In this document: positions 1-10,059 of the stretch, piece after piece | How the letters are laid out: every line of letters begins with the position of its first letter | Numbering within the stretch: position 1 is the stretch's first letter | Origin: Candidatus Omnitrophota bacterium | Lineage (GTDB): Bacteria; Omnitrophota; Omnitrophia; Omnitrophales; Aquincolibacteriaceae | NCBI GenBank assembly: GCA_043803685.1 | Contig: JAZDJU010000032.1 | Location: 1-47,596 of the forward strand | Direction: 5' to 3' | DNA: 47,596 nucleotides | The notes under the pieces: model-generated | What the model was told of the DNA's origin: nothing | Databases searched by the model: none | Seen by the model: only the letters and a program-made list of their open reading frames with translations | Translations under genes and position numbers: made by a program

Positions 1-1
1 G

Positions 2-598
2 AGCGCCGACGCATCGGGAGATCGCTCTCTGGTACGCCAACAGAGCGCAACGATGGAAAGTCTTAAGGAAGAGATCCTCCGTCTTAATCAGGAATTGGAC
101 GGGACGCCCGGACTGCGTGAGGATCTGCAAACAGCATTGCCAAAGATCGAGAAGGTATTTGCTTCGCAGATCGAGCGTGGAGATGTTGGGGTTATTCTGG
201 ATAGACGTGGACTTGTTTTGACCGTCCAGGACCATGCGTTGTTCGATACCGAAGGGGCCCAGTTCACCTCGGCGGGGGAAGAGGTTCTCGAGAAGGTCTC
301 TACCCTACTGGTTTCGGATCTCCCCAAGAATCGAGTGATCGTGGAGGGGCATACCGACGATCAACCGATCGAAAACGCGGATGAGGTTACTAATTGGGAG
401 TATTCGATCGGTCGTGCGACGGCGATCCTTCATTATTTAATCGATGTCAAAGAATTATCGCCCGGTAGGTTCGGGGTCGCCGGCTTCGCGGAATACAGGC
501 CGGTTACTTCTAATGACACTGAAGAGGGACGGGACCGGAATCGCCGCGTTGAGATCGTGATCTCGCCAGAGAGGAGTTTCGATGCGTCGAGCCGGTAG
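2..598 (+). CDS. OmpA/MotB-family peptidoglycan-binding protein, probably 5'-truncated by the window edge
   Basis: The frame is open from position 2 (first ATG at 53). MotB-like motifs: LFD, VEGHTDDQPI, NWEYSIGRA, AGFAEYRP, NRRVEI. Confidence 0.85.
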   Translation, partial: SADASGDRSLVRQQSATMESLKEEILRLNQELDGTPGLREDLQTALPKIEKVFASQIERGDVGVILDRRGLVLTVQDHALFDTEGAQFTSAGEEVLEKVSTLLVSDLPKNRVIVEGHTDDQPIENADEVTNWEYSIGRATAILHYLIDVKELSPGRFGVAGFAEYRPVTSNDTEEGRDRNRRVEIVISPERSFDASSR

Positions 599-1088
599 CG
601 CGGGATCTTTCAGGAAAGTCCTCAAGAGCCTGGCTTTTGTGGTAGCTGTTTTTTTTGTGTTAAGCGCCCTGTCGCTTGGTTTGAATTTTTGGGTCTATCA
701 CGAGCTTCAGTCGCGGCTGAAGATCCGGATGAGCGGGTCCTATGTTCCGGCCATTTTTATCCCGTCGTTTGAGGTCAGGAACGGAACTTTTATTTGGGAA
801 GATCGGGTCCGATTGGTGAATGGGAATTTCAGCGTGACGTTTGATCCGTTGACCTTGGTGTCCCAACAAGGCATTCGGATCATTTTGACGAGCAAGGCGA
901 GCCAGATCCAGTTGCTTGGCAGTTGGGCTCTTCAAGAGGGGATCGAGAACGCAACTATCGATTCCATGACGGCCGATATTCTTCTGGGGCGCCGGGGGTT
1001 GGCCGGCATCAATGAGGTGGAAGTGAAATCTCAAAGTTTTCAATTTTCTCTCAAAAACGCCGATAAAAGAATGTCCCAGAAAACCTGA
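582..1088 (+). CDS. Hypothetical membrane-anchored protein (one N-terminal TM helix, beta-rich remainder)
   Basis: 168-aa ORF overlapping the upstream stop, with GGAG before the ATG and a hydrophobic stretch LAFVVAVFFVLSALSLGL. No family recognised. Confidence 0.7.
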   Translation: MRRAGSAGSFRKVLKSLAFVVAVFFVLSALSLGLNFWVYHELQSRLKIRMSGSYVPAIFIPSFEVRNGTFIWEDRVRLVNGNFSVTFDPLTLVSQQGIRIILTSKASQIQLLGSWALQEGIENATIDSMTADILLGRRGLAGINEVEVKSQSFQFSLKNADKRMSQKT

Positions 1089-1103
1089 GGTCTTCCGGAA
1101 TTT

Positions 1104-2594
1104 ATGCGAAAACGTCTTGATGATCTGTTCAAAGGACTTCCGATCGACGAGAAGTATCATTGGGACTCCAAACGAATCTTTAATAAGATCACCTCCGATT
1201 CCCGTGCGGTTGAATCCGGCGATATTTTTGTGGCGTGCCCCGGTACCCGGATGGATGGGCATGATTTTTTAGGGCAGGCCATTTATGCCAAGGCTTCGGT
1301 GGTGGTGTTTGAGAAAGAACCGGAGATCACGATCCCGCCGCACGTGACCGGCATTCGTGTTCGCGACGCCAAGGCCACTCTTGCGGTGATCCTGAACAGG
1401 TTCTATGACTGCCCCGATCAAAAGGTCAAACTGGTCGGCATTACAGGGACGAACGGAAAGACCACCACGACTTATCTTTTACACCGGCTTCTCCGGGAGA
1501 AATTTCCGACGGCTTCACTCGGCACGCTTTGGTATGAGCTTCCGTCCGGAAGGGCGGCTTCGCTCAATACGACCCCCGGCTCCGAGGTTCTGGTACCGAT
1601 GCTCGATCAGATGCAGCAGGAGGGGGTCCAGTATTGCGTGATGGAAGTTTCTTCACATGCGATCAGCCAGAAACGGATCCATGGCCTTGAGTTCGAACTC
1701 GGGGTTTTTACCCAGTTGACTCAGGATCATTTGGATTTTCACCACAGTATGGAAGAATATTTCCAGACCAAGCGGAGCTTTTTTGCCGGTTTTTCCGCGC
1801 CGCGAAAAATGCTTTTCAATAAGGATTGTCCTTATGGCCGGCGGCTGATCGAGGAGTTTCCTCAGGCTAAGACTTTCAGCGTTCTGGGGAAAGCGGATTA
1901 TTGCGTCAAAGACCTTCAGATGAGTTTTCAGGGAAGCAGCTTTGTCATGTGTTATCGGGGCGAGGAGCTTCCGTTCCAGATCCGGTTGCCGATGCGTTAT
2001 AACATCTCGAACGCTTTGGCGGTTTTAAGCTCCATCGATCTTCTCGGGTTCGATCTCCGGGATTTCCGTGGCGCGCTGGAAGAGATCCCGGCAATTCCCG
2101 GTCGCATGGAACGGGTCGGGACGGGGATGGATTACACAGTGTTCGTGGATTATGCCCACACGCCGGATGCTTTTGAGCAAGTGCTTCATGATGCCAAACA
2201 GATGGATCCGAAACGGATCATTACGGTTTTTGGCTGCGGCGGCGACCGCGATCGTGGAAAACGTCCGCAGATGACCCGAGCGGCGTGCCGTTATTCGGAC
2301 GTGGTCATTATGACGTCGGATAATCCGCGTTCCGAAGATCCCGAGGATATTTTTCGTGACATGCGCACCGGACTTCCGGATCCTTTGCCTGCCCCCGGCA
2401 GCATTTTCGAGATCGAGGACCGGCAGGAAGCTATTGAAAAGGCGGTCTCGTTCGCCAAGACAGGCGACGTGGTCTTCGTGCTCGGCAAAGGGCATGAAGA
2501 TTATCAGATCCTCGGTGACGGAAAAATCCCCTTTAGCGACCGCGAGGTCGTTGAATCCGCATTAAAAAGAAAAAGCCGTGTTTTCCTATCTTGA
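1104..2594 (+). CDS. murE: UDP-MurNAc-tripeptide synthetase (meso-DAP type)
   Basis: GITGTNGKTT, MEVSSH, DHLDFH, VDYAHTPD, GCGGDRD, the DNPR meso-DAP specificity motif and GKGHE. Confidence 0.97.
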   Translation: MRKRLDDLFKGLPIDEKYHWDSKRIFNKITSDSRAVESGDIFVACPGTRMDGHDFLGQAIYAKASVVVFEKEPEITIPPHVTGIRVRDAKATLAVILNRFYDCPDQKVKLVGITGTNGKTTTTYLLHRLLREKFPTASLGTLWYELPSGRAASLNTTPGSEVLVPMLDQMQQEGVQYCVMEVSSHAISQKRIHGLEFELGVFTQLTQDHLDFHHSMEEYFQTKRSFFAGFSAPRKMLFNKDCPYGRRLIEEFPQAKTFSVLGKADYCVKDLQMSFQGSSFVMCYRGEELPFQIRLPMRYNISNALAVLSSIDLLGFDLRDFRGALEEIPAIPGRMERVGTGMDYTVFVDYAHTPDAFEQVLHDAKQMDPKRIITVFGCGGDRDRGKRPQMTRAACRYSDVVIMTSDNPRSEDPEDIFRDMRTGLPDPLPAPGSIFEIEDRQEAIEKAVSFAKTGDVVFVLGKGHEDYQILGDGKIPFSDREVVESALKRKSRVFLS

Positions 2595-3984
2595 AGCGAA
2601 CCGTCTGCTTCCCGTGGTCCTCGAATTACCCGATCTGTCCCTGAGGATCCGGCATCTCTCCATCGATACCCGTACGCTTGCTCCGGGTGATCTTTTTGTC
2701 GCGTTCCAAGGGGAGAATTGCGACGGGCACGATTTCCTCGCGGCCGCTTTTGAAAAAGGCGCGTCAGGTGCCTTGATCGATCTGAGACGGACGGAGTCCG
2801 TTCTCGCGGGGCTTCGCGCCGCCAAGGTTTCCATTCGCAATCTGATCCCTGTTCCCGATCCTCAGTCAGCGATGACGATACTGGCCGCGGAGTATCGAAA
2901 GACCCTTCCGGTCAAAGTGATCGGCGTGACAGGAAGTGTGGGGAAGACCACGACGAAAGAATTTTTGGCGTATCTCCTTCGCAAAAAATACTCGGTGCTG
3001 GCTACGGCAGGTAATTTGAATAATCATTTGGGGGTTCCCATCATGCTTTCCCGTTTGGAACCTTCGCACCAATATTGTGTGATGGAAATGGGGGCGAGTC
3101 ATCCCGGGGAGATCCGCGCACTCGCCGAGATCGCCGCGCCCGAGGGTGGGGTCCTGACACCCATGGGTCCGGCCCATCTGGAAGGCTTTGGTTCTCTTGA
3201 AAATATTTACAACACAAAGCTGGAACTGGCGGATTCTCTGAAAATGAACGATCCCCTTGTTGTTCTGGACAGTGATGCGCGGCTTCTCGAAAAGATCGCC
3301 GAACGGGGCCGCAAACCTATAACGGTTGGGTATTCTGAAAACGCGGACTACCGGATCACCGAGGTCCAGTCGGAGAACGGGGAGGTTTCGTTCTTGCTGA
3401 ACGGCGAGGGACCGTTCTCTTTTCCGGGACAGGCAGCCTTTCTGGCGTTGAATGCCGGGCTTGCGATCGCGATGGTGAGGAGCCTGGGTATGACGTGGGA
3501 AGAGATCCCGGAAAAGTGGGAGGATGTGGGCTTTGCATCAGGGAGATTTCGTGAGACAATGCTCGCTAGCGGTGTTCGCGTGATCGACGATAGTTACAAT
3601 GCCAACCCCGTTTCATTCGGGAACGCGCTCGACGCTTTTCGTTCACTCCCTTGCGGTGGAAAAAAGATCATCGTGTTCGCGGATATGTTGGAACTGGGCG
3701 CCGACGAAGAGCGTTTCCACGTGGCGCTCGGAGAGAAGATCGCGGCCTCTCATGTAGACTTTGCGCTCGCATACGGAAAAAGAACCCGGGCAAGTATTGA
3801 GGCCCTGGAGTGCTCCAAATCCCGTTGCGTGGCCAGGCATTTCGAAGACAGTTCCGGGGCGCTCGCGGCGCTTAAAGAAATATTGCGGTCCGGCGATGTA
3901 GTCCTTTTTAAAGGCTCTCGCAGCATGCATGTGGAAAAGGTCCTGGAGGGTATCCGGGATTTTTCTTTTTCAACTCAACCTTAA
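2578..3984 (+). CDS. murF: UDP-MurNAc-pentapeptide synthetase
   Basis: GVTGSVGKTTTKE, GNLNNHLG, EMGAS, IDDSYNANP, DMLELG, KGSR; GTG start overlaps murE. Confidence 0.96.
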   Translation: MFSYLEANRLLPVVLELPDLSLRIRHLSIDTRTLAPGDLFVAFQGENCDGHDFLAAAFEKGASGALIDLRRTESVLAGLRAAKVSIRNLIPVPDPQSAMTILAAEYRKTLPVKVIGVTGSVGKTTTKEFLAYLLRKKYSVLATAGNLNNHLGVPIMLSRLEPSHQYCVMEMGASHPGEIRALAEIAAPEGGVLTPMGPAHLEGFGSLENIYNTKLELADSLKMNDPLVVLDSDARLLEKIAERGRKPITVGYSENADYRITEVQSENGEVSFLLNGEGPFSFPGQAAFLALNAGLAIAMVRSLGMTWEEIPEKWEDVGFASGRFRETMLASGVRVIDDSYNANPVSFGNALDAFRSLPCGGKKIIVFADMLELGADEERFHVALGEKIAASHVDFALAYGKRTRASIEALECSKSRCVARHFEDSSGALAALKEILRSGDVVLFKGSRSMHVEKVLEGIRDFSFSTQP

Positions 3985-4005
3985 TTTCGAGTCGCACAGC
4001 AAATC

Positions 4006-5091
4006 ATGTTTTATTTTTTTCATTATCTTTCAGACTATTCGATCGTCTTCAATCTTTTCCGCTACATCACGTTCCGTTCCGCCGGCGCCAGTATTACGGC
4101 GTTTTTTTTGTCTTTGTGGCTGGGACCGCGGTGCATCGCGTGGCTCAAGCAGCTGCGCGCGGTGACAGATCAAGAGCGGGCCCACGCCGAGACCATCCAT
4201 GAACACTTCAAACACAAGAAGGATGTGCCCATGATGGGCGGCATCCTGATCGTGGCAAGTGTGGTCGTTGCGACGCTTCTCTGGGGCAATCTCACGAACC
4301 GTTTTGTCTGGATGATGGTCGGGGTCATGCTGTGGTTCGGATTTGTGGGGTTCCTGGATGATTGGCTCAAGTTGCGTTCCAAAAGCTCAGACGGTCTGAG
4401 CTCGCTCACCAAGCTACTCGGACAAGTCGTGATGGGTCTTGCGATCGGCATCTATCTTTACTGTGACCCGACCTTTGACAAGTGGCTTTACCTGCCGCTT
4501 TTGAAAAAGGGCGTTTTTTATATGGGATGGCTTTTCATTCCATTCGTGGTCCTGGTCCTGACGGGGACTTCGAATGCTCTGAACCTGACCGATGGTCTCG
4601 ATGGACTTGCCATCGGATGCACTCTTTTCACCACGACCGCCTTCGCCTTGATCATCTATGTGACGGGGCACTATGATTTCGCGAGGTATCTCGCGATCCC
4701 TCATATTCCGGAAGCCGGTGAAGTTACCATTTTTTGCGCGGCGCTAGCCGGCGCGAGCGCAGGATTCCTTTGGTTCAATTCCTACCCGGCTGAGGTTTTT
4801 ATGGGCGATACGGGGTCTCTTTCGTTGGGCGGCGCGCTGGGGGCGATCGCGGTGCTCACCAAGAAGGAATTTGTGTTGATGATTGTCGGCGGGATCTTTG
4901 TATGGGAGGCGCTTTCCGTGATCCTGCAGGTCGCGAGTTTTAAGCTCCGGAAAAAGAGGATCTTTCTGATGTCGCCGTTTCATCATCACTTGCAGCGCAA
5001 AGGCTGGCCGGAATCCAAGATTACCATCCGGCTTTGGATCATCGCGTTCATCCTTGCCATCGTCGGTCTCAGCACGCTGAAGGTTCGTTGA
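4006..5091 (+). CDS. mraY: Phospho-N-acetylmuramoyl-pentapeptide transferase
   Basis: Multi-TM; PMMGG, GFLDD, NALNLTDGLDGLA, FMGDTGSL, PFHHH. Confidence 0.97.
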   Translation: MFYFFHYLSDYSIVFNLFRYITFRSAGASITAFFLSLWLGPRCIAWLKQLRAVTDQERAHAETIHEHFKHKKDVPMMGGILIVASVVVATLLWGNLTNRFVWMMVGVMLWFGFVGFLDDWLKLRSKSSDGLSSLTKLLGQVVMGLAIGIYLYCDPTFDKWLYLPLLKKGVFYMGWLFIPFVVLVLTGTSNALNLTDGLDGLAIGCTLFTTTAFALIIYVTGHYDFARYLAIPHIPEAGEVTIFCAALAGASAGFLWFNSYPAEVFMGDTGSLSLGGALGAIAVLTKKEFVLMIVGGIFVWEALSVILQVASFKLRKKRIFLMSPFHHHLQRKGWPESKITIRLWIIAFILAIVGLSTLKVR

Positions 5092-5092
5092 T

Positions 5093-6373
5093 ATGAAAAT
5101 GCCGCTAGGAGCAAAGGTAACGGTGTTGGGCCTCAAGGACACGGGATTTCTGAGCGCTCTCTTTCTTCATGAAAGGGGTTACCACGTTTTTGCTTCCGAT
5201 CTTGCGGACACGGAGGACGTTCGGGAGAATGTTTCAAAACTTCGGGAGCGCGGGATCCGCGCGGAATGCGGGAAACACACGTTGGACGAGGTGCTCGCGG
5301 CCGATGGGTTCTTGATCTCTCCGGGGATACCCCCGGGCTCCGCGATCTACCGGTCTATCCTTGCCTCGAAAAAACCGATCCTAAGTGAGATCGAGGTGGC
5401 AAGCTGGTTCTCGACGGCTGAGATCGTGGTAGCCGTGACGGGTTCTTGTGGCAAGACCACGACCGCGACCCTGATCGCTCAGATTATCGAGGCAAGCGGA
5501 CGTAAGGCCGTGCTTTGTGGCAATATCGGGAATCCATGGATCGGGGAACTGTCCAAGATCACACCGGATACGATCGTGGTGCTCGAACTGAGCTCCTTTC
5601 AGTTGATGCATTGCGAGACCTTTGCTCCTCAGGTGGGATTGCTGCTCAATATTTTTCCGAATCACATGGACTGGCATGCCGACATGAAGGAGTACGCCGA
5701 GGCCAAGCTGAATCTTTTTCGGGCGATGAAGAAGACGGACATCATGATCTGTCAGAAAAAGGATGAGATCGAGATCTTTCCGGACTTTCGGACCCAAGCC
5801 CGGCGCGTTTATTCCGATGAACGGGTAGCGTCCAATCCGAATGAAGCGGCCTTGCTTTGCGTCGCGGAGATCTTAAAGTGCCCGGCCGAACTTGTGGAAA
5901 GAACGATCCGGGATTTTCGAGGGATCGAACACCGGCTCGAGAAATTCGCCGAGCAGGACGGCATCACGTTCGTCAACGATTCCAAAGCCACTACGACCGC
6001 ATCCCTCGCGTGGGCTCTCGAGAAATTCGCTGATGGTGCCGTGGTCCTTGTTTGTGGCGGAAAATACAAGACGGGCGTTGAGGACTTCAGGACTTTAAGG
6101 GACGTGCTAGCCCGGAAAGTCCGACGCGCCCTGTTGATCGGTACCGCGCGGCCGATCATGAGAGAGGCCTGGCAAGGGGCCGTTGAAATGACCGAAGCCG
6201 AGAGCTTTGAGGAGGCGTGCCGTTTGAGCGTTGAAACGGCGCGAAAAGGGGATACCGTATTGCTGTCGCCGGCCTGCGCGAGTTTTGATATGTTTAAAAA
6301 TTACCAGGAACGGGGAAGACTGTTCAAGGAAATCATCCAAAAAAGACTTCACTCCACGGTTTTGGGGAAATAG
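5093..6373 (+). CDS. murD: UDP-MurNAc-L-Ala:D-Glu ligase
   Basis: AVTGSCGKTTT, GNIG, ELSSFQL, HRLE, NDSKAT, LLSPACASFDMF. Confidence 0.96.
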   Translation: MKMPLGAKVTVLGLKDTGFLSALFLHERGYHVFASDLADTEDVRENVSKLRERGIRAECGKHTLDEVLAADGFLISPGIPPGSAIYRSILASKKPILSEIEVASWFSTAEIVVAVTGSCGKTTTATLIAQIIEASGRKAVLCGNIGNPWIGELSKITPDTIVVLELSSFQLMHCETFAPQVGLLLNIFPNHMDWHADMKEYAEAKLNLFRAMKKTDIMICQKKDEIEIFPDFRTQARRVYSDERVASNPNEAALLCVAEILKCPAELVERTIRDFRGIEHRLEKFAEQDGITFVNDSKATTTASLAWALEKFADGAVVLVCGGKYKTGVEDFRTLRDVLARKVRRALLIGTARPIMREAWQGAVEMTEAESFEEACRLSVETARKGDTVLLSPACASFDMFKNYQERGRLFKEIIQKRLHSTVLGK

Positions 6374-6375
6374 CC

Positions 6376-7473
6376 ATGTCCAAAGAAGCGCGTTTGTTGT
6401 TCATCGTCACTTATCTTCTGGTCGGGATCGGGATCGTTATGATCTACAGCGCCAGCGGGGTGATGGCGGCTGACCGGCACGGCAGTGAGCTCTTTTTCCT
6501 GATCCGCCAGGGGGTCTATGTGCTGCTGGGCACGATTGGATTTTTTATTGCCGCTGCGCTTCCAGTCGATTTTTTCAAGAAGAATGCCCGCGCGTTCATG
6601 CTGCTCGCGATCATGCTTTTAATGACGGTCTATCTTCCCGTGGTCGGACATTCGGCGGGCGGCGCGCGCCGTTGGATCCATCTTGGAGCGTTTCAGTTTC
6701 AGCCCGTGGAGTTCGCGAAGCTGGCCTGTTGTATCTATCTCGCGGATTACATCGCGCGGAAGATTGCCTGGGTCCAGAAGGGTGATGTCCGGGTATTCGT
6801 TCCACCGCTTATTTTGATCGGGATCGTGTGTGTCTTGACGCTTCTGGAACCGGACCTTGGTTCCGTGGCGTTCATCGTCATGATGACTTCCGTCATTTTG
6901 TTCGTCTCGGGGCTTCAGCTCCGTTATGTTTTTGGAGCTTTGGCGGTCTTGTTGCCGGCCCTTTATTTTTTGATCATTCGCGTGCCGTATCGTTTGAGCC
7001 GTCTTGAGGCCTATCTAAACCCTTGGGAAGATCCGCAAGGGTCGGGTTTTCAGATCATCCAATCGTTTCTCGCGTTCGCTTCCGGGGGTATTCACGGGGT
7101 CGGGCTTGGGCAGAGCACCCAGAAGCTTTTCTATCTTCCTTCGAGCCACAACGATTTCATCCTTGCTGTGATCGGGGAAGAGATGGGGCTTATCGGTGTT
7201 ATGGCCGTGGTCGTGCTTTACCTTCTGTTTTTTGTTTGCTGTATCCGGATGGCGCGCCGCACGGACCAGCCCTTCGAAAAGCTACTGATCACATCGATCA
7301 CGCTGCTGATCGTTTTGCAGACCGTGATCCATATGATGGTCGCGACGGGCCTTGTGCCGACCAAAGGATTGCCGCTGCCTTTTATCAGCTATGGTGGAAG
7401 TTCGATCGTTGCGAATTTGATCGCGGTCGGGATCCTGGTGGCGATCGACCGGCGCAAGCGTCATAAAGTTTGA
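6376..7473 (+). CDS. ftsW: SEDS peptidoglycan glycosyltransferase FtsW
   Basis: GARRW, QPVEFAK, EPDLG, HNDFI, LPFISYGGSS; located between murD and murG. Confidence 0.95.
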   Translation: MSKEARLLFIVTYLLVGIGIVMIYSASGVMAADRHGSELFFLIRQGVYVLLGTIGFFIAAALPVDFFKKNARAFMLLAIMLLMTVYLPVVGHSAGGARRWIHLGAFQFQPVEFAKLACCIYLADYIARKIAWVQKGDVRVFVPPLILIGIVCVLTLLEPDLGSVAFIVMMTSVILFVSGLQLRYVFGALAVLLPALYFLIIRVPYRLSRLEAYLNPWEDPQGSGFQIIQSFLAFASGGIHGVGLGQSTQKLFYLPSSHNDFILAVIGEEMGLIGVMAVVVLYLLFFVCCIRMARRTDQPFEKLLITSITLLIVLQTVIHMMVATGLVPTKGLPLPFISYGGSSIVANLIAVGILVAIDRRKRHKV

Positions 7474-7474
7474 T

Positions 7475-8626
7475 ATGCCGTCTTCCCAGGACCCTGCCAA
7501 AGTCTCTTGCGATCCCATGCGATTGGTGGTTTACGCCGGGCCTACCGGCGGGCATGTTTTTCCCGCGCAGTCATTTAGTGAAGGATTTCGCAAGCGCTTT
7601 CCGGATTGTCGGATCGAGTTCGTCACATGCTCCCGCGCGAGGCCGCTGGTTGAAAAGATGTCTCAAGGAACTTTCGACGGGGTCACTTATCTTCCTGAAT
7701 TTGGTCTTCCCAGTGGCTTTTCATGGAAAACCCTGAAGCCCTTTTTCCTTTTCCCGTATCTTTTTCTTCAGGCTTTTCTTTTTTTGAGGCGAAAAAAACA
7801 GGATCTTTGTGTCGGGTTCGGAAGTTTTGTGTCCTATCCCGGGATGATGATGGCGCACGCGCTTGGGATTCCGACGCTCATTCACGAGCAGAACAAAGTT
7901 CCCGGGAAAGCCACGCATTGGCTCGTCCCCCACATGGATATTGTGGCCGAGAGTTTTGAGGGAACGCGATTTTCCAGAAAACCCAAGGTGCTACACACCC
8001 TGGGACTGCCTTTGCGTTCGGTGATTGTCAGGGCGGCGGCAAACGCGCAGGGGGATCCGGTTCCGCGTCCGTTCACTTTGCTTGTGGTCGGCGGTTCTCA
8101 GGGAGCCCAAGGATTGAATGCGATCGTGACAGACGCGATCGCGGCGTTATCGGATGAAGAAAGGTCCAAAATAGCCGTTATTCATATCACAGGAAAGAGA
8201 GATCGATCCTGGGTCGCGGAACGTTACGAGCAGTTGGCTCTTACGAACGAAGTCCATGCGTTCTCTGGTGTCATGGATGAACTTTTCTGGAGATCGGATC
8301 TGGCCATTACCCGGGCTGGAGCCAATACCCTTTTTGAATTGGCGGCATTCGGACTGCCGGCGTTCGTGATACCTTATCCACACGCGGGCGGTCATCAGAA
8401 ATATAACGCAGAGAGCTTCGCGGAACGGGGAGGGTTGATCTTTCACGAGGAAGATCCCGCGGCAAAGGATTGGCTCGTCGAACATCTGCGACGCGCGATC
8501 GAGGATCCCCGGTCTTTGAAAGGGATGGCCCTGGCCGTGAAGCAGCTTGCAAGACCCAACGCCACAGACGCACTTATTGAAATAGCCAGGACATTGATCA
8601 AAAACCATGAAGATCGTACACGATAA
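7475..8626 (+). CDS. murG: Lipid II GlcNAc transferase MurG
   Basis: GPTGGHVFP, HEQN, GGSQGA, RAGA, HQKYNA. Alternative start at 7517. Confidence 0.96.
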   Translation: MPSSQDPAKVSCDPMRLVVYAGPTGGHVFPAQSFSEGFRKRFPDCRIEFVTCSRARPLVEKMSQGTFDGVTYLPEFGLPSGFSWKTLKPFFLFPYLFLQAFLFLRRKKQDLCVGFGSFVSYPGMMMAHALGIPTLIHEQNKVPGKATHWLVPHMDIVAESFEGTRFSRKPKVLHTLGLPLRSVIVRAAANAQGDPVPRPFTLLVVGGSQGAQGLNAIVTDAIAALSDEERSKIAVIHITGKRDRSWVAERYEQLALTNEVHAFSGVMDELFWRSDLAITRAGANTLFELAAFGLPAFVIPYPHAGGHQKYNAESFAERGGLIFHEEDPAAKDWLVEHLRRAIEDPRSLKGMALAVKQLARPNATDALIEIARTLIKNHEDRTR

Positions 8627-10007
8627 TCTCATTCGCGACAGCCGGGCGGTTTATCTGATCGGGATCGGCGGTTCCGGGATGAGCGGACTTGCGCGTATTT
8701 TAAAACACCTCGGTCTTTCGGTTTCCGGTTCGGATTACAAGGAAACCTCCGTAACCCAAAGTCTTCGCCAGTCGGGTATTCCCGTCCATATCGGTCAGAA
8801 AACCGTGGGATTGGGCGATGCGGATCTTGTTATCTATTCCACCGCGATCAGTGGGGATCATCTGGAGCTCAAAGAAGCGCGTAGGCTTGGCCTCAAGGTC
8901 CATCATCGCGCTGAGGTACTGGCTTCGCTCTTGAACCATGCTGAAACGTCGATCGGGGTTCTGGGGACGCACGGCAAGACCACGACGTCCGCCATGGTTT
9001 CGCATGTCTTATCCCAGGTCGGCGCAAACCCCACCTGTTTCGTTGGAAGCGATATGCTGAATTATGGTACGAACATTGTGGCCGGAGGTCGTGATTACTG
9101 GGTGAGTGAGGTCGATGAGAGCGATAGTTCCCATGAGTTCTACGCGCCGCATTATTCGATCATCACGAACCTGGAACCGGAACATTTGGATCACTATGGC
9201 ACGTGGGAAAATCTGGCGGATTCCTTCCGTCGTTTCCTGGGGCAGGTGCAGGACCCCGGGCTTGTCGCTTATTTTGGAGATGACCCGACGCTTCACATGC
9301 TGGTGCGCGAGAGCGGCAGGCCTTGCGTCAATTTTGGTTTCTCCGAGGAATGTGCTTACTCGGCCCAAAATATCCGCCTTCATGCTTTTGGATCGGAATT
9401 CGATCTCTTTGAATCGGGTCTCTTCAGTACGTCGATGAAGCTTTCCGTGCCGGGCCGCCACAATATCGCGAATGCTCTAGCGACCTTATCCGTCTTGCTG
9501 AATCTGGGTTTCGACCTTGAGCAGGTTTGCGAGGCGATCAGCACGTTCAAGGGAACACGGCGCCGCATGGAGCTCAAAAAACAAACATCCCAGTTCCTGG
9601 TGCTTGATGATTACGCTCACCATCCGACTGAGGTCAAGGCGGTCTTGCGTGCCCTTCACGAGGCTGGAAAATACGTGCGCGTTATTTTTCAGCCGCACCG
9701 TTACAGCCGGACCAAGAATCTTTACCGAGATTTCGCGCACGCGTTCGATGATGCTGAGGAAGTTATTCTGACGGATATCTACAGCGCGGGAGAAGCGAAT
9801 CCTGATGGCGTGGATGTTGGGTGGGTCTATCAGGAAATTTTGAAGACGGGCCACAAGCATGTTTCAGTTGTTCACAAAGACCAGATCCTTTCCTACCTTG
9901 CGGAGCATCCGCTCAAAGACGGTGTGATGATCTTTATGGGGGCGGGGGATATTGGAGATGTTGCCAGCGAATTTGTGAGTCAGCTTGACGCCTGCGCTGC
10001 GACGTAG
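8607..10007 (+). CDS. murC: UDP-MurNAc:L-Ala ligase
   Basis: IGIGGSGMSGLA, GTHGKTTT, DESD, DDYAHHPTE, FQPHRYSR, GAGDI. Confidence 0.97.
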   Translation: MKIVHDNLIRDSRAVYLIGIGGSGMSGLARILKHLGLSVSGSDYKETSVTQSLRQSGIPVHIGQKTVGLGDADLVIYSTAISGDHLELKEARRLGLKVHHRAEVLASLLNHAETSIGVLGTHGKTTTSAMVSHVLSQVGANPTCFVGSDMLNYGTNIVAGGRDYWVSEVDESDSSHEFYAPHYSIITNLEPEHLDHYGTWENLADSFRRFLGQVQDPGLVAYFGDDPTLHMLVRESGRPCVNFGFSEECAYSAQNIRLHAFGSEFDLFESGLFSTSMKLSVPGRHNIANALATLSVLLNLGFDLEQVCEAISTFKGTRRRMELKKQTSQFLVLDDYAHHPTEVKAVLRALHEAGKYVRVIFQPHRYSRTKNLYRDFAHAFDDAEEVILTDIYSAGEANPDGVDVGWVYQEILKTGHKHVSVVHKDQILSYLAEHPLKDGVMIFMGAGDIGDVASEFVSQLDACAAT

Positions 10008-10059
10008 GATACCGTTCGATTTTCATTCACTTTTACTGAAATCTTAAAGGTCGTTTTTT

